A stretch of DNA of 64,000 nt from NCBI GenBank assembly GCA_003242895.1, contig QKMY01000058.1:12739-76738 (forward strand), read 5' to 3'. The stretch is from Candidatus Margulisiibacteriota bacterium (lineage in GTDB: Bacteria > Margulisbacteria > Riflemargulisbacteria > GWF2-39-127). The notes below the pieces were generated by a model. It was not told where the DNA came from and made no database searches. It saw nothing but the letters and a program-made list of their open reading frames with translations. Below are positions 1 through 12,000 of this stretch, one piece after another (the first letter of the stretch is position 1; each line of letters opens with the position of its first letter). A program made the translations under genes and the position numbers.

Positions 1-3000
1 CCGGCCTTATATAACTATAGGTACTTCCAGTCTGATTAAATATTTTGATAGCGGTGACTTCAATATTGACACTTGTGCTGCGAAAATAGGATATACTTCT
101 GGTTACGGCCATATCATTAATGTTTCCAGCAGAATCCTTGACCCAGAGGTACACTGTTTTGATCCCAAAATCAGTATTCCTAAAAGTATATTCATAAGGT
201 TTTTCGTTACGCCAGTAATTGCTTGTAGGTGAAGGTCTTGTAGGTTGGACTTCACTTAGTATCCAGCTTACAACATCGGCATCACTATTTATGATAACGC
301 GAGGAAGCAGGTCATGGGTATAGTTAGTATCCCCCGTATCATAATCGAAGATAACAAAGGAAGGAGTACTTGCTACAGTATCGAGAACAAACTGCTTGTC
401 TCCTACCAGGGTATTCTGCACATTAGATGCATTATCTGTTACACAAAGATAAAAACTAGCCACCCCTTGAGGATCATTCTGGAAAACATTAAAGGTTGCA
501 GTATAAATATTGGGACTCACTCCGTTAAGTAAAAAGTTTAACGTGCTGCCATCAGCATAAACCAATTTAAGTTCAGGAGTTGCAGGCGTATCCTCTTGGA
601 TTGATAGCGTTAAGCTCACCGCTCCAATTGAAACAAAATCTCTTTTTGTCATATTTATCTGAGAAACAGGTTTAATGGTATCCAAAATTATGTTTTGAGA
701 TACTATGGTTTTATTAATATTCCTCGCGGAATCCTGTATCCATAAATATACTTTTCGATGCCCTTCCGGCCCAGCGTTTAATGTGTACAAGTTAGGCTTA
801 CTTGATTGCCAGCCTGCGGCGTTCCATTCAGGCTTAACTGATTGAGTCTCATTTACCATCCATTTAACCGCGGTATTGTCATTTCCAACATCGACGGCAA
901 TGGAGTACTCATTTGTATATATCTTATCTCCACTCGTTCTATCGGTTATATTCATTGTAGGATCTGCCAGAGTGATCAAAACATTAAAAGTAACGATACC
1001 GCCAAAAATCGACGTAACATTACCAGCATAATCCGTAACTCTGATATTTATTGTACATATTCCTTCCGGATAACCATCACTAATTATAATATCGCCAGCC
1101 CAATAGTTATTTATTGATCTTGACATTAGGATGGAATGAGTCGAACTGTCGCTCATTGAAAAATAAGCTTGTGGCGGGTTAATCGTATGTTCACTAACAT
1201 TTAAAGTAAGCGTATAGCTGCCAATTGCCAAATTAGGAGAATTTTTGATTGATTCCACGGTAAAATCAGCAGGAATTTTATCAATAGTATAAGGTTTGAC
1301 GAACGCAAGGCTTCTATTACCTGCGTTGTCAGTAACAGTAACATCCAGAGAAGCGCTGCTATCAAATCCCAGTGAATCGGAAATATACAAAGACCCAGTC
1401 CAGACATTAAGGCCAATGCAACTCATAATCACAGGAGCATCAATGTCAGAATGGAAAATAACTGACGGGGTAGCGCTCACAGCTTCCGAGACATTAAGGG
1501 TAATATTTAAAGTTGTATTGTTTAAATAACAATCCGGAATTGAATGAACACTAAATTCCGGAAGAAGCGTATCAACCTGAAATACAATGTCGCCACTAAG
1601 TTTATTAGATCTATTTCCAGAATAATCCACTAACTGAACATTAAATAAAGCTGCTCCATTAGCAAAATCCTCAGTAACATTAATCGTTCCGGTATAAGTC
1701 AGGGCACTTACTTGATTAAGAGTTACATTACGGGCTACCTCGCCATACCCATATAAAGTATAGTTCAAAGACACTCCAACTAAAGTTGCTTCACTGACAT
1801 TCAACGTAATATTAAGGATTCCAGCCTTAACATTAGGATATGTAGAGATTAGTATTGTTGCGGTCGGTTCATCATAATCGAGATAAATGCTCCGGCTGCC
1901 TGTTGAAGAAATATTACCGGCACGGTCCTGTATCCACAATTTGATATTTTTCGTGCTGATAACCATGTCGCTGAAAGTAAAGGTTGTCGGTTGTTGAGTA
2001 AGCCAGCCAACAGCGTCAAAGTCCGGGGTTACATTTGTTTGATCAGACAAATACCACATGTATACGCTACTATCAATGTTAACGCTAACGCCAATAGTAC
2101 GCTGATTGGTATAAGATTGAATAAGCGTAATCGGATCATAGGCGGTAAAACCCGGGGCCGAGGGCCTGGTCTTATCAATAACAAAAGTCTGCATTCCGCT
2201 AATTATCTTGTTTTGAACGTTGCTCGCATTGTCAGTGACGCTTAAACTAAAAGTTGCAACACCTTCGGGTGCCTCAGCATTAACGTTGATAGTGCCGACC
2301 CATAAATATCGAGAACTATCCATAGGAACAATATCGATTGCCAAGGCTTCTTGCCCTGCATATTGAACTTTGAAATCCGGCGTATTATTAAGTGCTAATA
2401 TTTCCTGGGTTATATTTAGAGTTATTTTGTAGTCGCCTTCTTTTATATATGGCCTGTACCCAAATTTTACTTCGGTCTGCGGAGGGGTATCATCATAAAA
2501 AATGTTAGCGCTCACTACATTTTTGTTTATATTTTTATAGGCATCCTGGACCCATAAATATAATTTTTTATTCTCATTCACTACATTCTTTAAAGTAAAA
2601 TTACTTGGTTTATCAGCGTTCCATCCCGGAGAGTTCAACGTCGGTTGAGTGCTTTGCGTATAACTGACCATATACTTGACCGCATCTTTATCGTTGCCAA
2701 TCTGCAAGCCGACAACCAAGTCGTTTACGTAGAGATTACTATCGGTATCAGTATCAATAATATTAAACGTCGGATCCGGGATCAGCGTATCAATACTAAA
2801 CGTAACGGTACCAAATAAAGAAGTTGACAGGTTACCTGCTCTATCAATAGTCTGCCCGCTTATTGTAGCCGTATCATTTACGTCAAAAGGCCTGATCTCT
2901 ACCTGGCCAATCCAGGTATGGTTTGATGATACACTATACAGTATATCGATTGAGCGTGTTAGCGCATTAGGGCTGCCGGAAGCTGGAGTCATAGTAATAA

Positions 3001-6000
3001 AATAACTCGGAGCAACCAGAATAGGTTCATTATAATTAAAGGTTACGGTAGAATACCCAATTCCTAAAGTCTTGCCTATCCTGATATTTACAGTTGGCTC
3101 CATGGTGTCCAGGGTAATCGTTCTGGTAATCAGCTTTGTATTGATATTAGCCTCAAAGGGATCGCTACTATCTTTTACCCAAAAGGCCAAGGTTTTTGGT
3201 CCGTCACCCGAGCTCAAGGTATAAGAATCAGTATACTCAGCCTTTGGCCTCCAAGCAGTAAAAGATCTCTCAGGACGAGTATAGTACGTCGCATTTTCTG
3301 TAATAATATAAAAATCAGCAAAATCATCACTGATAATATTCAAGCTGACTGTCAGTTCATTTGTAAACACCGGGGAACCGTTATTTGTATCAGTAATATT
3401 GAACGACGGATTCGGAACGACCGAAATATCGTAGGTAGTAGAAATATCGACCCTATTGCCAGCTTTATCGTATGTATTGAAAGATAACGTCATTTGTCCG
3501 CTTGGAGTATCACTATCGATATTGATGGTTGTCCTAAAAGTATTGTAAAAATTATTGCTATCAGGTGATCCGACAGGCGTAAAACTTAGTATCTTAGTTG
3601 CAGCATTAAAATAAGTAAATTTAGAATTCTTTATATTATTTGAAGGTATATACTCAGTAACAGATACGGTAAGAATATATTCTCCCGCATGAATTTTTTT
3701 AATGCCTTCGTTTAAGGATACTGTTACTTCAGGGGTTAGCAAGTCAACAAGGATAGACGCATTGATAGTACTTTCGTTATGGATATCGCTTGCGCCTTTT
3801 ACCCAAAGATTGTAAGTCACTACCGTCTCCTGATTGTCTGGCGCCAAGCTGGGGGAGATATAATAATTGTTTAAAGAAAACTCATTAGATTCACTGTTAT
3901 TCGGGCTAGTAATATCAACTAAAACGGGTTTAATCCCGATATTGCTCGTGATCATATAGTGAGTAACCAGTGCTACCTGATCGAATAGCATATTAATATA
4001 CCGTTCATTCGTATATTTCGAGCTGCTGAAATTATTAAGATTATCCCTGTCCAATATCTTTAAACTGACAAAACCTATTCCAGTAGCTACAACAAAAGTA
4101 TTAGGCCAATCGAGGTTCTCAAGATAATTACCCTGCGGCTTATCCGATACTCGCCTGTTGCCAACCAAATCCTCGGCGATGATCCTGAAAAACTGCCGTC
4201 CGTCCCCGAAACTACCATCAACAGAGAAACTGCCGGTTACAAGTTGAGAATTCACAACTGTATAGGTTAGTGTGTTTACCCGATTATCGGCCACACACAC
4301 AATATTAATAGATAGCGAGTCAGAAGCTATTGGTTCATTGAAATTAATGGTCACAGCAACGACCCCGATTCCATAAAATGTTGCGACACCAGGAGGCCGG
4401 GCCATTTCAACTGAAACAGTTGGAGCAATAGCGTCAAAATTAGTACTGACATACCGGGGCAAGCTAATGTTGCCGGCGTGATCTTTAACCCAAATATAAT
4501 AACCATACTGCCCTTGGGACTCACTATGAAAATACGTTTGAGGCCGTTCACTTAACCATGTGCCAGGAGGTATAGATGCAGGATCCGCAATTAGATTAGA
4601 GGAAATGTAATACCCTTTAATTGTAGATTCCGTAATAGCCATTGTTATATTAAAAGGGTTATCATTGGTTAGATTATAGCTGTTAGGTTTATCCATATCA
4701 TAAATAGCAGCGGTAGCTATTATGGGGATTACGGTATCAACATTTAATGTGGTTGTGCCATAAGAAAAGGTATCTGACGTAACGGTCCCGGCATTATCAG
4801 TAATCGTCATATGAAACGTTAAAAAACCATTCGGAAAGGCTTCAGTAACATTAAGTGTCGCAATGAATGCATTGCGGGTTATGTCAACAGGTGTTAGCTC
4901 GACTGAATAAGTCGTTCCACCCACTTCATAAGTCAAGTCCGGTGTTACTATAATGTTTTCTCCAATATCTAATGTTACCGAAACATCGCCTGTAGATATC
5001 CATCCGCTCTTTGTCAGCAGCAACCCGATATTAGGAACAGAAGGATCATAATAGATAGAAGTTGTAACGACGACATTATTAATATTTCCTGATTTATCCA
5101 TTAACCAACAATAGAGATACCTTGGACCTTCTTCAATGTTATCCGGGTCAAAATCGTAATTTGCGGGCTTAACTGCGGACCAAACTGCAGCTAATGGGTC
5201 TGGTTTCCCGAATTGTGCATTTTCAGTGATGATATAATAGTCGGTATCATTTGCTGCAAGTTCTACAATATTCGACAGCGAATTGGTGATCTGATTTGAC
5301 CGGTTAGCCTGACACTTGAGTTTTAAACTACCGGTAGGGATATCGATATCATATACTATAGAGTTAAAAGCGTACTGATTGGAAATATTCCCAGCCCTAT
5401 CTTTTACCCACAAATACAAATTTCTAGTTCCTTGCGTTTCATAAACAAATCTATATTGGACAGGTTCGGGCATCCAATCTTCAGCATTCTCTGATGGAAC
5501 TGCGGTCAACTCACGGATCACATACCGGAAATAATCAGGATCTTTGGATATCGTTACGTTTATTGTAGGCGTATTCGTATAACCACTACTATTATCAGGC
5601 CTGTTTAGACCACTGGTATTTACGCCCAAGGTAGGATCAGGTGGAAGTACTGTATCAAAATTAATAGTTGATATCAGTCCGGCAGGTATAACATTCGTAA
5701 TATTCAGCGCGTTGTCAGTAATAGTTAAATTAATCACAGCAGTGCCATTTTCATTTGGATCAACGGTAAAAAAACCCGCTAATGTCAGTCCGTCAAAATA
5801 ATCAAACGTAATAGTTCGCTTACTTCCCATAAAAGTTAAATAGAAATCGGGGGTCGCACTCACTGACTCAGAGATATTTACGGTTACACGGGAAGTCCCG
5901 GCTTTAATGTACCTGCCGCGCTCAAAATTGATGGAAGTAGCTTGAGGGAAAACATTATCATAATTAATGATAGCAATTGCCGGAACGGTATTAATATTGC

Positions 6001-9000
6001 CGGCAGCATCCTTGGTCCATAAGTAGGACGTCCGAGTTCCATTATTTGTATTTTTCAGTACAAAATAAACCGGAGGCGTACTCTGCCATAATGGGTCCGT
6101 CAAGCTTGGATTCGTTGACTGTGTCTCACTTATTAACCAGGCGGAAGACCTTTGATCGTAGTTATAACTTACGCCTACTACAAAATCATTGGTAAACTGA
6201 CTACTTTTCGAGTCAAGATCATACAGGATAAATGTAGGAGTAATTAAGGCAATATTAACGGTTAATTGATTACTAAAATAAATGCTCGAATATTTTAACC
6301 ATTGAACACTTGTACCGTAATTACGAGCATTATCTGTAACCTGAGCACTAAAATAAGCAGGCCCGTTGGCAGTTTGACTATTAATCGTGATTGAACCGTA
6401 AAACTGGGTTCCAGTTCGTCCTAAAATAGTTACCGGAACAGCAGCTTTCTGATATGGATTAAAATACAAATTAGGAGTGACTGATATTCCACTGGGGATA
6501 TTTAAAACATTAATAGTAACATTGAGGTTCTTTGTAGCAGTAATAGGATTTAACGGATTATGGTTAATATCGATTCCAATTTCCGGTATCAGGTTATCAT
6601 ACACAATGGTTGTAGTATTGGAGTTGATATTAAGCGCATAATCTTTGCCCCAGATATAGACATTATGAGTTCCCTGTACATTCGTCAGCTGATAGCTGGT
6701 TGGTTTGGCGCCCCAGTTACTATCTGCAGTATCAGGGACAAAAGCGCTATTTTCGGTTATTATCCACGAGTTGATATCACTGGAACCGCTTAAGGTCAGG
6801 TCAACTACCCGGGCATTTGTATAGAGTTCACTGCCAGTCAGCTTATCAAACAGTCTAAAGGTACTAATGTTCGGGGAAGTAGAATCAATAGAGATCTGCC
6901 CGCCAGCAAGAATCCCGGTCCCAACATTACTAGCATTGTCAGTTATCTTAATACCGAAGGTACCGAGGCCGTTCATTCCACTAGAATTGAACACCCAGGT
7001 ATATTTGGTACCGGATACCTTTGCCGCTGGGCCCAAAACAACACTTATTCCATTTACCGTTAAGCTCAGAAGTGGTGTTTCCTGTAGCGCTTCGCTTAGA
7101 TTAACGGTTATGGTTTTAACTCCGCCGTTTACATATGGACTGTTATCGATATCTACTGATACCGCGAAGGGAATGACATCATCATAATTAATCGTCGCAA
7201 CGGTTGAAACCGGACTTATTATTTCGTTCCGGTTCTTTACCCAGACGAAGAGGCTCTTCAACTCATTTACCCTATTTTTAAAAGTATAAGTTATTGGCCT
7301 ATCAATTCTCCAGTTTTGATCATTTGCTTCCGGAGCTACTCCAGTGCTGCTCTCACTTAATAACCAGCGTACCGCATCAGGATCGTTCCCGATATTCACA
7401 CCGATCATCTGATTATTAGTATACTGAGAGCTTGAGGTACCACGATCGAACATTGTAACGGTGGGTACTGCTACGTTTCTATTTATTCTTATTTCACCAC
7501 CGTTGATTGAGCTTATTCCGGTATTATAATAAATTTTATTTACCCGGGTTGTTGCATTACCTACAACATCGGTGACACTTACTTCAAAATTAGCAGTTCC
7601 AATAACGGTAAAAGGTACTATTCCCGAACAACTGTAACTGTTACCACCACTATTGATGATACTGCTTAAAGGCACCTCTACTTTATCCTGGCCATAGAGC
7701 TTAATCCATAAGCTAGCAGTACTTATTTGTGTTTCGTTATCCATACGTAAGGTAACGGTAACCGGGGTGCTGCTATAAACATTATGGATGTCTCCGATGC
7801 TTAATAACTGGATATCTACTGTGGGAGGAGTGTACATAGAATCATAAACAATACTGGTTGCCACATCAATCGGGCCACCCGCAAGATTATTGTTTGCGGT
7901 AGCTCGGGCAGATATATTTTGAGCAAGGTCTTTTACCCAGATGTACAATTTCTTTGCACCTTGGTCTCCGCTTAATGTGTATACCTCCGGCACTATGCCT
8001 GACCAATTACTATCATTAGCTTGAGGGGTAAAAGTATTATTCTCGGTTACCAGCCACCAGCCTATACCACTTCCACTATCACTGCTTTTTATCTCCAGAT
8101 CTACTCTATTTGAATTGGTATAGAGCGTGCTCCCAGTCAATCTATCCATAACCTTAAAACTTGTAACAACCGGGTTGGACTTATCAATAACGATACTTCC
8201 GCCACTCAGTATCTGCGAGCCAACATTATTCGCGTTATCAATTATCCTTACGCCAAATACTGCCGCACCTTCAGGTGTTGCGCCATCAATAGTCAGCGTA
8301 GCCGTATAGAGGCTGGGGCTTACTTTGGTCAGATTAAGGTTTGTTTTGACACCGCCATTAAAAGTGACCCACATTTCCGGGATCACCGCATATGGCAAAT
8401 AGGTTAGCTCTTCACTTAAATTAATGGTAACGGTTTTTGTTCCTGCACTAATATTAGGCATATTAGTAATATCTATAGAGACTACATATGGCAGCGTGGC
8501 GTCATAATTAATGGCAGCAGATGTACCGGCACTTATATTACCCATCGCATCCATGATCCAGGAATATATAGTCTTCAAGCCATTGGTATTATTTTTGAAA
8601 GTATACAAAGGCTGGTTCGAGTTTGACCACCGGCTATCCTGGGGAGAAACCGGAGGCGTATTTACTTCCGTCAGTAGCCAGTAGGAAGCTGCCCCTCCAC
8701 CCTGTAGAGTTACTGATACTACCAGATCATTAGTCCAAACCGTGCTGTAGGTGTCCTGATCGCTGAGGATCAACGTAGGTGTACCGATAATTCCCTGAGA
8801 AAAAATAAGTGACTGAATTAACTTCTCTTTTGTTGCAGTCCCGGCATTATTGGTTGCTGACAGATAGAATTCGATAGAATTAGGAGTTATGCCCGGATTA
8901 AATAAAAAATCGCCTTTATAAATATATTCCCCTGTATAATTTCCCAGACCATAATTTAAGCCTGATCCCGATAAAACAATTGGAGTCGAACTAGAATTAT

Positions 9001-12000
9001 CTTCATATCTATATACCATCTTTAATTCAGGTATAGACTGGAAATTGGGCAGTAACGAAATATCTTCTATCGACATATTTAAAGTAACATGTACCCAGGT
9101 CCCTCTGCTAATGATCTTCGGAGACAACTCAAGGGTACCATCCGGCGCACTCGCCATAATATATAGAGTTGTCGAACTTATGCTGACGTTACCTGCCCGA
9201 TCAGCTACTTCTAAATAAAGCGTCCGCATTCCTTCCGCTAATCCAGTAAACTGGAACTGCTGCCCGGTAAACCATTCAGACCAGGCGTTATTGTCAACCT
9301 TAGCCCGGAATGGACGATCTTTTAACTGACAATTATCTGCCGCCGGAGTCCAGCTTACAACAACATTATTCTTGTCATAGTAACCGGACTGCGGCCAATT
9401 AACGGCAAACCCGGTCGGACTGACAGTGTCCACATTTACTGTAACATCTTTTGTAGCCACATGGCCGGCAGCATCAGCCACTTTGATTTGGATAGATACG
9501 ATTCCCTGGACCGCCCCTACATTTATATCACCAATCGTATTCAGCGAAATACCCGATGACCAGGTTAGCCCATTATTCGTACTGAAAAAATAGGTTTTTG
9601 TATTAAGACTGACACTATCCCATGCCGGATCCCATTTTAAAGTAATCGAGCTATCATCATACCAGTTCGGTTCAGGATCAACTCCGTCTCCACCAGAATC
9701 AGAATCCTCACGAACTTCAACGAAATAAAAATTCGGAGTGGTAGTATCTACCCATTGCGAACCTACTGCTGAGGCTTTTATATTACCAGCCTTATCTGCT
9801 ACTGCCACATTAAAAGTAGCAGGTTTATAGATATTCGCCGAAGTATAGACATTCATCGTATTCGTATTATATGGAGTCCAGGATACTGTACCGATAGAAT
9901 TCTTTGCAAAATAAGGAGATGACGTGAACCCACCGACATCCTGCATTGCGGAAGTGGGAATTGTATATACGACAACAGTTTCTTTCCCATAATAGCCGAT
10001 GTCCGGCGTTACATCACCAATAAGGACCGGAGGACAAGGCAGAAAATTGACAGGAAGAAGCAGGTCCGGGCCTAGTATTACCGGGGCGACCATATCCACA
10101 TAAAACCCAGCCTGGGATTCAGTAACGTGTCCGGCCCTATCTCTTGCCTGAACATAGCCCAGGTTTTGATAACTGCCGTCATTGGAATAGGCGACAAAAT
10201 TAACGGCATTGCCATTATATGCAAATCCGCTCCAAGCATTCCATTCTGTATTAGCCGGAATATCGCTCGTTGCCACTCTGTAACGGTAAGCACCACCAGA
10301 TTGATATGGTCCGGAGGCATCTGACATTTCCCAGGAGAAATCTACAGTGTTGTCATCATAATAAGGAAATATGGGAGAGATTCCGTCACTATTGCTATCA
10401 CTATCAGGAGCAATCGCCATATTTAAGACAGGGGCCGTCAGATCGACAATTATGTTTTTTGAAAAAGTCGACGAATTGCCGACACTATCTCGAGCTATTA
10501 CGTATACGGTATGAACCCCTTCGCTTAAAGAACAGGTTAGACTTCCGTTCGCAGATTGTCCCCAAACAGGCGCAGCAGAATCAAGCTGATAAGCAACTGA
10601 GTTAATTCCTGAACCTGAATCACTAATACTCCAGCTAAAACCTACGGTTGTTTGATCAAAATACCCATTCTCCGGTTGATAAATGCTCGACCCGTCAGTA
10701 TCATCGGCAATAGTTATAGAACCGACAGGGCCAGTTGTGTCGATAAGGAATGGCCCTATATGGGTTGAATTTGTACTATAGTTAGCTACCTTGTCTTTTG
10801 ATCTGACATGAAACCATAGATTATTCCCATCAATCAATGAAGCCTGGTAATAAATATTAGCCGCAGCGACACCAGGCGCAGGCTCTGTATTGGAATTAGT
10901 ATCCCAAGAGTATACGTATCCATCTAATCCACTGTGTGCGTCACTTGCCTGGTTCCAATCGATTCTTACTACAGGGTTATTACTCCAGGTACCGGTAGTA
11001 TGTCCAGACGTACATCTAACGTTGGCTACATCAGTTGGGGGGGTTACATCCACCCAGAATGGACCACGATGAGCAGTAGAAGCAGAGATATTTATGGCTT
11101 GATCCTCCGGGCGAATATGCAGCCAATAATTCTGAGCAGATACTAGCGCAGAGGCAGGAAACGTATAATATGTCACGTTACCGAAACCATTATCGCTGCT
11201 CGTTACCAATGTACCGGAAACATTATCGAGCTTATATCTATAGGTATTAATGCCACTACCGCCTTGATCATACGATGTCGTCCAGTACGCACCGATATTT
11301 GGTAACCATGTACCAGTTGCAGGAGCGGTTATTGAAATGTCAGGAGGAATAGTCGTATCGATTTTTAGCAGAAAACTAGTAACATTCCCCCATGTTCCAG
11401 CATTGTTTTTTGCTCGTACATTGATTGAATAGGTACCTTCAGTTTTAGTTATTTGGAATGTTTGCAGAGGGTCACTGCCAGCAGGATCTACGATGATAAT
11501 CCCGTTTGTATCACCAGGGGTAGTGCCATCGGTTGTATAGCTATATCTATCAATTCCAGACACACTAAACGGGGCATTAATTGAAAAGGTAAAAACTCCG
11601 CTCTTATTCGTCCATCCGTTTACTCCATCCGGCATTGATGCGCCTCCGCTGTGGACACAGCTCAAAACCGGCCCTGCAGGAATAGCCGCATCAATCTTAA
11701 ATGGTCCTAAATTAGCTTCCACACCGACATTTCCGACATTATCCACAGCATGCACATGGAAATATGCGGTTGCTGAATTGGGCAGTACAATATTATTTAA
11801 TTGAGTTCCCACCGTATCATAGGTGCCATCAGCCAAAGTACCGGCAGATGCATTCGCGGCATACGAGTATCCGGCTACTCCTGATTGTGTGGCGTAGGTA
11901 ACATTATCATTTGAAGCATTCCACTGCATCGACAACATATTATTAGCTGTCCAGATCCCATTAGCCTGAACACCTGCTGTTCTTATTAATCCGGTAATAT

